From contig BK006936.2 of NCBI GenBank assembly GCA_000146045.2, positions 608,001-672,000 of the forward strand: a stretch of 64,000 nucleotides of DNA, written 5' to 3'. The notes under the pieces are model-generated. The model had not been told where the DNA came from. It made no database searches and saw only the letters and a list, made by a program, of their open reading frames with translations. The stretch comes from TPA_inf: Saccharomyces. Taxonomy: Eukaryota. Position numbers and translations under genes: made by a program. Numbering within the stretch: the stretch's first letter is position 1; every line of letters begins with the position of its first letter. This document shows, piece by piece, positions 34,731 through 45,355 of this stretch.

Positions 34731-34993
34731 GGGGAAAAAGCCTGGAAAAGCGCGTAAATGATGAGGCGAAATGCAGCCAAAGATGCGTGCCGTTGCAGTT
34801 AGCTAACAACCTGGCGTTCGGCGATCGCCATAAGAGATCTGCCAATTTTAAAAAGGGTATTGCCAATACACATAGTAGCCTTATCTGCAGCAAGCCATAG
34901 GACTAATGTGTTCGACGTCGTTGGGGAAAAAAAGCAAAGAACATGTTGCCTTTGAGGAGACTGCAGCAAGAAAAAAAGTTCAATAAGGATTGC

Positions 34994-35006
34994 AAAAAAA
35001 AAAAGA
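34994..35006 (-). terminator. Pol III terminator (T11 on minus strand) directly 3' of tRNA-Cys
   Basis: The plus strand reads aaaaaaaaaaaga immediately after the tRNA 3' end. Confidence 0.65.
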
Positions 35007-35078
35007 AGCTCGCACTCAGGATCGAACTAAGGACCAACAGATTTGCAATCTGCTGCGCTACCACTGCGCCATACGAGC
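35007..35078 (-). tRNA. tC(GCA): tRNA-Cys (anticodon GCA), 72 nt
   Basis: The reverse complement reads GCTCGTATGGCGCAGTGGTAGCGCAGCAGATTGCAAATCTGTTGGTCCTTAGTTCGATCCTGAGTGCGAGCT. It has a cloverleaf with a GCA anticodon and a B-box GGTTCGATCC-like sequence. Confidence 0.9.
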
Positions 35079-35849
35079 TTTCTATTACATGTGGGAAGAC
35101 TAATATAGATAGTATAGTCAATTATACGAAGTAGTGCCAGCCCCACATATAAGAGAACGGTGGAATATTTGAACTGTATGCAAAGAAGTTTCAGCGGGGA
35201 CCTTTATTTTAGAAAAAGCGAATAAATGTCGCTCATTTGTTTAAACGGTATTTGTTGGACTGAGGGTTGCTTCCATACGGAAATGCTAACGAAGAGGATG
35301 TGCTGAATTTTGCTATGTTTGGAATGGGCTCCTCCATCTGGGAATGATAATCATTTTTATTATTGTGTGTTCAAATACACTTACACATCTGTTTTTTCGT
35401 GGTAAGGAATCCGAGAATCACATGAGGTTTGGGATAGTTGCTGGCAATCAATGAATGACATCAGATAAAACGAAAGGAGAAATAATATGTTGATAATTAG
35501 AGGTTAAAAATTAGTATTAATGAAGAAATAATTACTGATCTTCTTATACTAAATAAGAGAGGTATATAAAACACACGCCGATTGGTCATATTAATCATGA
35601 CCAATATAATAGTGATTCCGGTAGTTACTATACATTGATGTGACGACTCATATTCCTCATATATGTACCTACCATAACATGTTCAACTAATAGGTCTTTA
35701 ACACAGCTTCAGTATTGTCTGAGCTTCTCGTTTAACATTCCTTCTGCAATAGGCGCAATCACACTTAAACGTATACGAGTTGTACATTAATATACGATGT
35801 AAGCATTGAATTGTTACCATAGCAACTCATGTCACTATTAATTACTCTC

Positions 35850-36002
35850 GTTCCAACATAATATTATTATGGAGTAATATCTATTCCCTTTCGTGGATTC
35901 CAAGATTCTCGAGGTATATTTCCAGTATATTTTGTATACCTGATATTATAGCCTTTAGCAACAACGAAATCAACATTTATCTCAAATTTCACCTGTTTCT
36001 CA
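35850..36002 (+). mobile_element. Degenerate Ty1/Ty2 delta LTR fragment (3' portion)
   Basis: ...ctattccctttcgtggattccaagattctcgaggtatatttccagtatattttgtatacctgatattatagcctttagcaacaacgaaatcaacatttatctcaaatttcacctgtttctca aligns by eye to the 3' third of delta (GATTCC...CCTCGAGGAGAACTTCTAGTATAT...TATAGCCTTTATCAACAATGG...TTTCTCA). The 5' TGTTGG end was not found. Confidence 0.5.
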
Positions 36003-36357
36003 TTTTTAAGCGCCTAGCCCATCTAATCATCTTAACTATTCATCAGGGAAAATTAATATACATTGTGCTCTTAATGTTTCGAAAAATAATCAAAATCAAT
36101 AGAAATAGCGTTTTGCTACTAACAAAGCCCTTTGATCCAAAGTTGGCTTCTGAGAACTTAACATTTCAGTAGAACAAGCCTCAAGCTTAAATGAAGAATG
36201 GCAAAGTAAATGAGACCTCTCTCTCCATATTTTGCTCAGAGCCTGTTAAGGAAAACAACACCGCACATTAGTGTGAAAAACTTTCCCCGCAAGCTGTTGG
36301 AAGATGAATCATTTATTATCTTTTGACTGTTAGCTACATTACTAGCTGTTATCAATC

Positions 36358-36602
36358 TCTCAGACGATTATATGAATATTGAGATAGTTGTTGGGATTAA
36401 CTTATTGTTAGAGGCTATAGCATCAGATATACAAAATAAAATAAAAAGTTCTCCTCCAAGATATAGTGTAATCGATATTTCGATGTAATGCCATCATTAT
36501 TTCTTCTATTTTATGTATTCCTATTGTCCTCTAACATTGTATCTGATAATATTCTAGTAATAGGATTACCATCACTAAATGATAGTTAATTCTCATTCCA
36601 AA
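36358..36602 (-). mobile_element. Truncated solo Ty1/Ty2 delta LTR (minus orientation)
   Basis: The plus strand ...tgataatattctagtaataggattaccatcactaaatgatagttaattctcattccaaaa matches the reverse complement of the delta 5' end (TGTTGGAATAGAAATCAACTATCATCTA...). The segment tgaatattgagatagttgttgggatt...gttctcctccaagatatag matches the reverse complement of the delta 3' end. Confidence 0.55.
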
Positions 36603-37166
36603 ACCGACTCCTGTCAATATTGAGGACCCATTTATTCCAACGGTCCAAATCCCCAATATTCCCTGCTCGGCAAGAAGTTAGAAAACATATCTTTCGTGCT
36701 CTTGCAGGCTTGCTGTATTATCATAACCGAAGGATGACCAACTTTGATCACCCCAGGTGGCAAAAACATAATACATGGTGGTGGTGTCGTTGTAAAAATC
36801 ATCTTCTTTGGGTGTGTATAGGATCCCATCCAACACACGTGTTAAAATGACATCAGGTATCAATGCTAATCCGTCGTCACTGACAATAAGCTGAGTTGAC
36901 ATCACCTGATGATGTGAAATAGTAGCAAGAGAACTAGGGTAAGGTTCATGCTGGTTGTTTTCCTATGATGACCAACCTTTGGAATTGGGTAATTCTAGGT
37001 GTAGCCTGCTAGCCATCAAACGAGACCTTTCAAAATCTTCAGTCATTACATTTTCTTCTGTAAATAGGGAAAAAAGCCTTTAGCTAGGATTGTTCGGCAA
37101 TAGAAAGCCCTCCAGTTTAAACTTGACATAGAAAATCTTTAAGGTTAAATCAAACATAAGTTATTA

Positions 37167-37238
37167 TCCGATATAGTGTAACGGCTATCACATCACGCTT
37201 TCACCGTGGAGACCGGGGTTCGACTCCCCGTATCGGAG
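37167..37238 (+). tRNA. tE(UUC): tRNA-Glu (anticodon UUC), 72 nt
   Basis: TCCGATATAGTGTAACGGCTATCACATCACGCTTTCACCGTGGAGACCGGGGTTCGACTCCCCGTATCGGAG is the yeast tRNA-Glu sequence. Confidence 0.92.
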
Positions 37239-37250
37239 TTATTTTTTGTT
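37239..37250 (+). terminator. Pol III terminator T-run after tRNA-Glu
   Basis: The sequence ttattttttgtt follows the acceptor stem immediately. Confidence 0.6.
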
Positions 37251-37549
37251 TCTATACCATTATTTTTCTTGAATGTTGCATTATGATAGTATAGTTTTGC
37301 TATACAAACTTCAATTCTCAAAACACAGTACGTCTAGCTCACTACTACTCTCTCTAATTCAAAATCGTTCACTTCTATCGAAAGCTGTGATAATTTGGAA
37401 ATATTGTCGTGGGCCACGAATGATTTTTCAATTACATTGCTAAATACGAAGACATTAATACCTTTATTCATATAAGCACTTTCATTATCATTTTTTACTA
37501 AAGATAAAACTAACTGCAGGCACCAAGAAGTTCGAAGCCAAGAGTAAAG

Positions 37550-37978
37550 ATGTCAGGAACCGGATTATCGCTATTCGTGACGGGTCTTATACTGAATTGT
37601 TTGAATTCCATTTGCCAGATATACTTTACTATATTATATGGTGATCTTGAAGCAGACTATATCAACTCAATCGAACTGTGTAAGAGGGTGAATAGGTTGA
37701 GTGTACCAGAGGCAATTCTACAAGCTTTCATTTCTGCATTGTTTCTTTTTAACGGGTACTGGTTCGTATTTCTCTTGAATGTCCCTGTTCTAGCATATAA
37801 CGCAAGTAAAGTCTACAAGAAAACACATCTACTGGACGCCACGGATATTTTCAGAAAATTGGGTAGATGCAAAATTGAATGCTTTTTAAAATTGGGATTT
37901 TACCTTCTCATATTCTTTTTCTACTTCTACAGAATGGTCACAGCGTTACTTGAAAATGATGCAAATTTGATAAGCTAA
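37550..37978 (+). CDS. ERV15: Cornichon-family ER cargo receptor (142 aa)
   Basis: This 142-aa, 3-TM protein ([17 protein letters not shown]...[19 protein letters not shown]) has the cornichon signature. Its position after tE(UUC) fits YBR210W. Confidence 0.88.
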   Translation: MSGTGLSLFVTGLILNCLNSICQIYFTILYGDLEADYINSIELCKRVNRLSVPEAILQAFISALFLFNGYWFVFLLNVPVLAYNASKVYKKTHLLDATDIFRKLGRCKIECFLKLGFYLLIFFFYFYRMVTALLENDANLIS

Positions 37979-38082
37979 TAGCGACAACAGGAAAAAAAAA
38001 GAGAGATTTGTGCATATCTATGAAGTATGTCTACCACATAAAAATGACCTTATAACACAACTTCCTTAGTATGGAAGTAATA

Positions 38083-38103
38083 CATATATACATATATACA
38101 TAT

Positions 38104-38140
<37 letters not shown>
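38083..38140. repeat. (TA)n / (CATATATA)n microsatellite in the ERV15-AME1 convergent 3' region
   Basis: Read directly: catatatacatatatacatacatatatatatatatatatatatatatac. Confidence 0.8.
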
Positions 38141-38142
<2 letters not shown>

Positions 38143-38157
38143 TTTTGAACCAATTCC

Positions 38158-39132
38158 CTATAGACTTGGTTGTAATTCGTTAGAAAGATTTTCATTAATT
38201 TTATTTATCTTTTTCAGAAGTCCGTTATATGGATCCATCAAGTCTACGAAATGTGCAATATCCAGAATATTTGAGTCATCCCGTATTGAATCGTCCTCGC
38301 TATCTTGGCTCATAATTTTGCGATCTCCCTCGTATTTGCCTAGCAAAGTAGAAGTCAAATCATTTAGCCTCTTATTTAGCTTCACTTTGTCGTTCAGTTT
38401 GGCTTGTTCATTTTGTAAGTCATGCCAGTCTTTACCGGCTTTCAACTCTTGAATTTCATTTCGTACCGATATTATCTGCTGGTTCAAATCTTCTTTTCGA
38501 GCAAGTACCTGCTTCAGTTGGTAGCAGAGCTCATTATTCGACACGTTGATATCTAATATGTCTTTCAAGTCTCTGGTCATTTGGTCTGATATCGTTTGAA
38601 AGAGTCGCAGATCTAATTTGTACAATAGTTTCCTAAATTGATCATCATCACTTTTATTGAAATCCTTCAAAGCTTGCGGAATCAAATCATTTTCAAATAA
38701 GTTTATGAATAAAGAAGATAAAACATCAATTGTGGTCACAGAAGTGATAGACGATGATAGCTGTCTAATGGGTATATCATCGAAATTGTAACGAGTAGTA
38801 AGGTCTTCATCATTTCTAACATTTTGCGGCGATTCGCTTATAAGACTTTTATTTTCAGAGTCGATCATGGGATAGTCTTCTGCATCCAAGGGCTGATACC
38901 CATGTTCATGACGGTCCTGCGCATTTACGTTATTAGTGGTAATAGGAAACTCGAAAGAATTCGCAAGTTTTGGTGAAGACAAAATGGGTTGAACAGGAGA
39001 TTGAATAGGTGAGTTCTCCTCTCTATAAACAGCATTTGGCGTCTTAAATACAATAACATCATCATCTATATCGTCTGTCCTTCTTGAATGACTGCCCCTC
39101 AGCCTAAAAGCTAATTTAGTGTCTCTATCCAT
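38158..39132 (-). CDS. AME1: COMA kinetochore complex subunit Ame1 (324 aa), coiled-coil
   Basis: The internal ATG at 39130-39132 ([13 protein letters not shown]...) gives 324 aa. The protein is acidic, Ser-rich and coiled-coil. It lies divergent from NGR1, as YBR211C does. Confidence 0.8.
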
Positions 39133-39885
39133 ACTGAGGTTTTTCTTTAAATGAACACGCAAATAGTCAAGACAATACAGAGCAACACAGGACACGTAAA
39201 AAAATGAGAGCAATCGCTTCTTATACTGCAACGATGTTGACCCTTGCCATAATAGCTAATGAAATCAATCATTATCATTTCTACTAGTCCTTTAACAATA
39301 TTTGGATACACCATTAAATTTCTCCGTACAACACGATAAAATATTTTCTACCAGCTTCAAACGGCTGTGAAGGGGCGATAGTGCCGTTCCAAAAAGCGTT
39401 CCCCAAACTTGTATTCAAGACCAAATCTTAGTCAAGCAAGCAGTTTCGCACCTTCATACACTCCATTAAAAGTGAAAATAAGCATATTTGTAATTAAATC
39501 TGGTTATCATACCCTGTTCCCTTTAGAACCAATATACATAGACGCAGTCGACAAAGAAGCAATAAAAGAGATTACCATTCTTATTCACTATTTTTTTTTT
39601 TCTCTGACTCTTCATAGTTGTACGGAAAACCATCTGCGTGTTATATCCTAGTTCCAAATATTCTGATTTCTCGTGATCGAATCTGTTATATTGTCATATA
39701 TTGTAATTCCATTTTTTTCCCGGTTCATTTTTTGATATTCTCTTCCTGTTCCAATATTAATAAAGGAGGCTTTTTTCTTTCCCTTTCGTTCTGATTTATA
39801 TTGTTTTTACTATTATTGGATCTTTTAAATATTACAGCTTTTTCATATCCTTCGCCATCGATTTTTGCCTGAAAAATTTACACAA

Positions 39886-41337
39886 ATGATGTCTAACGTT
39901 GCTAACGCCTCCCAAAGACAGGAAAATCCATATATTATTCCATTGCCTCCTTCATCCACAGTGGAAACTTCTACTGAACCCCCAAGAACGTTATGGATGG
40001 GAGATTTGGATCCGTCCTTCGACGAGGCCACGATTGAGGAGATATGGTCAAAACTGGATAAAAAAGTTATCGTTAAACTAATTAGAGCCAAAAAAAATTT
40101 GTTGATTCCTTGTAGCTCCACCTCAAGTAGTAATAACAACACAAGTGAGGAGAATGCTGAAAACCAGCAATCTGCATCAAACAGCACTGATCAGTTAGAT
40201 AATTCCCAAATGATTAATATTAATGGAATATCCTTCATTGATCCTTCCACTACTCAATTACATCATGCCGGATACTGTTTTGTCGAATTTGAAACTCAAA
40301 AGGACGCTAAATTTGCCCTGTCATTAAATGCTACACCTTTACCTAATTTTTATTCCCCAACAACTAACTCCCAAACTAATCCAACGTTCAAAAGGACTTT
40401 CAGATTGAATTGGGCGTCTGGAGCTACTTTACAAAGTTCTATACCATCTACCCCAGAATTTTCCTTGTTTGTTGGTGATCTTTCTCCCACCGCCACTGAA
40501 GCTGATTTGTTATCTCTTTTCCAAACGAGGTTCAAATCTGTTAAAACCGTCCGCGTGATGACTGACCCTTTAACAGGATCATCTCGTTGTTTTGGATTTG
40601 TCAGATTCGGTGATGAAGATGAGCGCCGCAGGGCACTGATTGAGATGAGTGGGAAATGGTTTCAAGGAAGGGCCTTAAGAGTCGCTTATGCCACGCCAAG
40701 AAATAATATGATGCTGCAGTTACAGGAACAACAACAACAGCAACAACAATTGCAGCAACAGCATCAGCAGCTAGATCAGGAGGATAATAATGGCCCTCTC
40801 TTGATTAAGACTGCAAATAATCTCATTCAAAACAATAGCAACATGCTTCCTCTCAATGCCTTGCATAACGCGCCTCCAATGCATTTGAATGAGGGCGGCA
40901 TTTCAAACATGCGTGTAAATGATTCACTACCTTCAAACACCTATAATACAGACCCCACTAATACTACTGTTTTTGTGGGAGGACTGGTACCAAAAACTAC
41001 CGAATTTCAATTACGTTCACTATTCAAACCCTTTGGACCCATTCTAAATGTCAGGATTCCCAATGGTAAAAACTGTGGGTTTGTTAAATTCGAGAAGAGG
41101 ATTGATGCTGAAGCTTCAATACAAGGCCTGCAAGGCTTTATTGTGGGCGGCAGTCCAATAAGATTATCATGGGGACGCCCATCCAGTTCAAATGCTAAAA
41201 CAAATTCGACCATCATGGGGGCAAGCCAATATATGTCCTCAAATGGCCTGAGAGCGCCATCTGCGGCTTCTTCAGTCGATAACTCCAAACAAATTCTTGA
41301 ACAATATGCGGAAGATAAAAGGCGACTCTTTTTACAT

Positions 41338-41370
<33 letters not shown>

Positions 41371-41904
41371 GATGGTAACTTTTCTATGGAGCAAATGGCG
41401 CACAACAACTATTACAACTACAATAATTACGATTATCACAGGAACAAGAATGGCAGCCATAGCGACCTCGTTAATCTGCAGAGATCTAATGTCCCGTATA
41501 TGCAAGAAGACGGTGCACTGTACCCACACCAATATTCAAGTCCCTCATACTCGCTCCATCCGACGGGCAACCAATTCTCCAATGCTACTAATAACTTACC
41601 TCAATTTGGGAACGCGATGTCAATTTCTATGCAACTGCCCAATGGCAACAGCAATAAAACGGCCTCAAGCATGAACACAAACCCTAACACAAACATGATC
41701 ATGAATTCTAACATGAACATGAACATGAACGTAAATCCAGTACCATACGGAATGGGAAACGGTGCAAATATGTATGACGTGTCCAGGATGATGACTCCTC
41801 CCTTAAATATAGCCCCGAATTCCAATAATTCGAAATCGAGCATCATGAACAAGCATCCTAATAGGAACAATGTTCCGCCAATTCATCCTTCTCTTCTACA
41901 TTGA
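39886..41904 (+). CDS. NGR1: RRM-containing RNA-binding protein (three RRMs) with polyQ tracts and an Asn/Met-rich C-terminal low-complexity domain, 672 aa
   Basis: The track start is a TTG at 39865. The ATG at 39886 (MMSNVANASQ...) gives 672 aa. RNP1 motifs are visible (CFGFVRFGD, CGFVKFEKR) along with Q-runs and an NMNMNMNVNP tail. Confidence 0.85.
41338..41370 (+). repeat. Perfect (CAG)9 followed by CAACAG, encoding the second polyQ tract of NGR1
   Basis: Read directly: cag x9 (41338-41364), then caa cag. An earlier mixed CAA/CAG tract lies at about 40726-40770. Confidence 0.9.
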
Positions 41905-42367
41905 TTACAAAAGACAAAAAAAGAAAATTTTAATCTTGTCCGCAGTTTTATCTGCGTCTCTACGTTCTTACGTTTCTTCTATTAATGCCATTTCAGTTAC
42001 AACCTAGTCAATTGTCGATCCATAATTCTAATCAAATTTGTTTTTCCTCTATACTACCTATCTATTTTTATCTATCTAAGTACATTTATTTACTCAAACA
42101 GTTCCGTTTCAAAGTGTTTTATATTAACTATATATGCGAAAAGCTGGCGTCATAATTTCACGTGTTATAATAGCCATGCTGACGGAAAAAAAATGTGAAA
42201 ATCGCTACAAAGTCCGATGACTACGGGCAGTAGCATGTAAATGATGGACACACACACACACATATATATATATATACATTTACTTCAATAAAAGGCTGTG
42301 CCAGACATTTTTGCCATACATTGTTCATGAAGTGTGCAAAATAAGAGAGTGTATAATAGGATAAAAA

Positions 42368-43192
42368 ATGGTCAAATCGCTACAGCTAGCCCATCAATTA
42401 AAAGACAAGAAAATACTACTAATCGGAGGCGGAGAAGTCGGCTTGACAAGGTTATATAAGCTGATACCTACAGGTTGCAAGCTGACTTTAGTATCTCCTG
42501 ACCTACACAAATCCATTATTCCGAAGTTTGGAAAATTCATCCAGAACGAGGATCAGCCCGACTACAGAGAAGACGCTAAACGCTTTATCAATCCGAACTG
42601 GGACCCCACGAAGAATGAAATTTACGAGTACATCCGCAGTGACTTCAAAGACGAATACCTCGACCTAGAAGACGAGAACGACGCGTGGTACATAATAATG
42701 ACCTGTATACCCGACCACCCTGAAAGCGCAAGAATATATCACCTTTGTAAGGAAAGATTCGGTAAGCAGCAGCTGGTCAATGTGGCGGACAAACCTGATC
42801 TCTGTGACTTTTATTTCGGCGCCAACCTGGAGATAGGAGACCGTCTACAGATTCTGATCTCTACCAACGGCCTTTCTCCGCGCTTTGGCGCTCTAGTAAG
42901 AGATGAGATCCGTAACTTATTCACACAAATGGGGGATCTGGCGCTGGAGGACGCTGTCGTCAAACTAGGTGAGCTGAGAAGAGGAATTAGGCTGCTGGCA
43001 CCAGACGACAAGGATGTCAAGTACCGCATGGATTGGGCCAGACGCTGCACAGACCTCTTCGGCATTCAGCACTGCCACAACATCGACGTAAAACGTCTGC
43101 TGGATCTTTTCAAGGTCATGTTTCAAGAACAGAACTGTTCCTTGCAGTTCCCTCCCAGAGAACGGTTGCTTAGCGAGTACTGCTCGTCTTGA
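42368..43192 (+). CDS. MET8: Bifunctional precorrin-2 dehydrogenase / sirohydrochlorin ferrochelatase (siroheme synthesis), 274 aa
   Basis: The ORF is 274 aa. It has an N-terminal Rossmann motif KILLIGGGEVGLTRL and CysG-N-like organisation. Confidence 0.88.
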   Translation: MVKSLQLAHQLKDKKILLIGGGEVGLTRLYKLIPTGCKLTLVSPDLHKSIIPKFGKFIQNEDQPDYREDAKRFINPNWDPTKNEIYEYIRSDFKDEYLDLEDENDAWYIIMTCIPDHPESARIYHLCKERFGKQQLVNVADKPDLCDFYFGANLEIGDRLQILISTNGLSPRFGALVRDEIRNLFTQMGDLALEDAVVKLGELRRGIRLLAPDDKDVKYRMDWARRCTDLFGIQHCHNIDVKRLLDLFKVMFQEQNCSLQFPPRERLLSEYCSS

Positions 43193-43414
43193 GCGACAGG
43201 GCCTCCTCTTTTAAGGGGCGCGTCCTTTCTATTGTGTAGAGAAAATCTACTGGGATTTTGTATATATTTCGCATATATAGGGGTTGGAGAACGAACAACA
43301 ATGCCTGTTCAGATCAACTTTTCTTCTATCTTATCAGGCAAGATCAGGCACACAACCCAACTATAATAACTATAAACACTTATAGAACAATTACCGTTTC
43401 TTCCTTCACACAAC

Positions 43415-44998
43415 ATGGCTTCTACTTCGAACACGTTCCCTCCAAGCCAAAGCAATTCTTCCAACAACCTTCCAACTTCTAGACATGCATCCATTGTGGA
43501 GATGCTGTCTACTCCGCCATTGCTGCCCCACGTTCAAGTGAACGATACAGACGACAAGGAACAACCAGAAGAGTCCACGCCGCCAACAGCAACAGCGGCA
43601 GCGCCTGGTCCAGGTTGTGCTGCTACACCCGCCCCCTTGCGCGATGAAAAGCCTCAATTCAAACTATCAGCTGTTCCTATGACCCAGACGCCATCGCAGT
43701 GTCTGTCATGTGTGCACGCCCAAAAATGGCAACACATACCGTTGTCGCAATTGATCGAACAGAATAAGCTTATTTTTGTTCCAGGTTCCATATCGGTAGA
43801 GGAGGCATTCAACACTTTGATCAAGTATCATCTAAACTCTATTCCCGTGGAATCTTTCCCCGGCGACATGAACTGTTTTACTTTCGACTACAATGACCTT
43901 AATTCGTACCTTTTGCTGGTTTTGAATAAAATCACCGTCAGCAACAAACAGCTTACTGCAGATTGCCAGAATGGAAAACCCGTACCAGTGGGCGAAATGG
44001 TGAAACTAACTCCTAAGAATCCGTTCTATAAGCTGCCGGAGAATGAGAGTTTGTCCACGGTGATGGGGATTCTCGGTTCGGGTGTCCATCGTGTAGCGAT
44101 AACAAACGAAGAGATGACCAAAGTTAAAGGTATTTTGTCCCAACGTCGTTTGATAAAGTATCTTTGGGACAACGCTAGATCTTTTACAAGCTTAGAACCT
44201 CTATTAAACTCCTCATTACAAGATTTGCACATCGGTGTTCTCAATATTCAATCTAAGCCAACTTCAAGACAATCCCGTGTCATCTCTATTCAAGGCGAGG
44301 AGCCCTTAATCATGGGCCTTTATAAAATGCATGTGGAAAGAATTTCTTCCATTGCAGTCATCGACAAACAAGGTAATTTGCTAGGTAACATATCGGTAAC
44401 GGACGTAAAACATGTCACAAGAACCTCCCAATACCCCTTACTACATAAGACATGTCGCCATTTCATTTCTGTCATTTTAAACTCCAGAGGATTAGAAACG
44501 GGTAAAGATTCTTTCCCCATTTTTCACGTATACCCCAGTAGTTCACTAGCAAGGACTCTTGCCAAGTTAGTTGCTACAAAGTCTCATAGACTATGGATCG
44601 TACAACCGCCGGAGTCGTCAACCTCGGCGTCATCCACAAATTTAACAGCTGCTAATACTGCAGCCAATGCAGTTTCTGCCACCGCTCAATCGTCTGCTAA
44701 TGGTGCGACTCCAATGTCAAAGTCATCCTCTTCAACATCCCTCAACTCCCACTCTCCGTTGATGACAGCAATGGAAGACCCACCATCCCCACGTTCTTCG
44801 GCCATCGCGATCCCACCACCAAGTCCCGCTTCCTCAACAAACACACCAAACCTATTCGAAAAGGAATATAGAACGGGTAAGTTGATCGGTGTGGTCTCAT
44901 TGACAGACATCATCAACTTATTAGCAAGGAAACAAACAGGGAATAAAGAAGTGGATCCGCAATCCGCAAGAAGACAGAGAGGCAGTATCGCCATGTGA
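43415..44998 (+). CDS. SDS24: CBS-domain protein (527 aa), Sds23/Sds24 family
   Basis: The ORF is 527 aa. It has an S/A/P-rich N-terminus and tandem CBS-like segments (IPVES..., HRVAITNEEM..., SIAVIDKQGNLLGNISVTDV). Confidence 0.82.
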   Translation: MASTSNTFPPSQSNSSNNLPTSRHASIVEMLSTPPLLPHVQVNDTDDKEQPEESTPPTATAAAPGPGCAATPAPLRDEKPQFKLSAVPMTQTPSQCLSCVHAQKWQHIPLSQLIEQNKLIFVPGSISVEEAFNTLIKYHLNSIPVESFPGDMNCFTFDYNDLNSYLLLVLNKITVSNKQLTADCQNGKPVPVGEMVKLTPKNPFYKLPENESLSTVMGILGSGVHRVAITNEEMTKVKGILSQRRLIKYLWDNARSFTSLEPLLNSSLQDLHIGVLNIQSKPTSRQSRVISIQGEEPLIMGLYKMHVERISSIAVIDKQGNLLGNISVTDVKHVTRTSQYPLLHKTCRHFISVILNSRGLETGKDSFPIFHVYPSSSLARTLAKLVATKSHRLWIVQPPESSTSASSTNLTAANTAANAVSATAQSSANGATPMSKSSSSTSLNSHSPLMTAMEDPPSPRSSAIAIPPPSPASSTNTPNLFEKEYRTGKLIGVVSLTDIINLLARKQTGNKEVDPQSARRQRGSIAM

Positions 44999-45355
44999 GG
45001 CTTGCAGCGTTGTCTTTTCCCGCTGTTTCCCTCTCCCTCAAAAAAAAAAATCTTTTACAATGACTAAAAGAAAATATTGTTCATTTATATGGTTTTAAGT
45101 ATTTTGTAGACATTTAAGCGTATATACTTGTTCTGAAAACATTTATATATTCTATTTTGTATATTCAACTTATTAAACTCTGACTTTTGCTATTGTCGCG
45201 TATATGTATATCTTTTTTTCTTGTCGTGGAAAATTAAAGCAAAATATGTCAGGCGAATGTACACACAATGCAGAAACTGATGCGGTTAATTTTGCATTCT
45301 GAAACGATTTAAACGAACAGCATTAACCTCCACGACCATATTCAAACGATTGGAA

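Noticed and set aside
34583-34900. 105-aa ORF (dubious YBR209W) upstream of DUR1,2
   Set aside because: It coincides with the GATA-motif regulatory cluster of the DUR1,2 promoter. Its predicted peptide is low-complexity, so it is more plausibly non-coding promoter DNA.
35100-35850. Possible additional LTR (sigma/tau) between tRNA-Cys and the delta fragment, beginning TGTTGGACTGAGG at 35251
   Set aside because: I could not align it convincingly from memory to sigma, tau or delta consensus. It is left as unclassified, possibly LTR-derived, sequence pending RepeatMasker.
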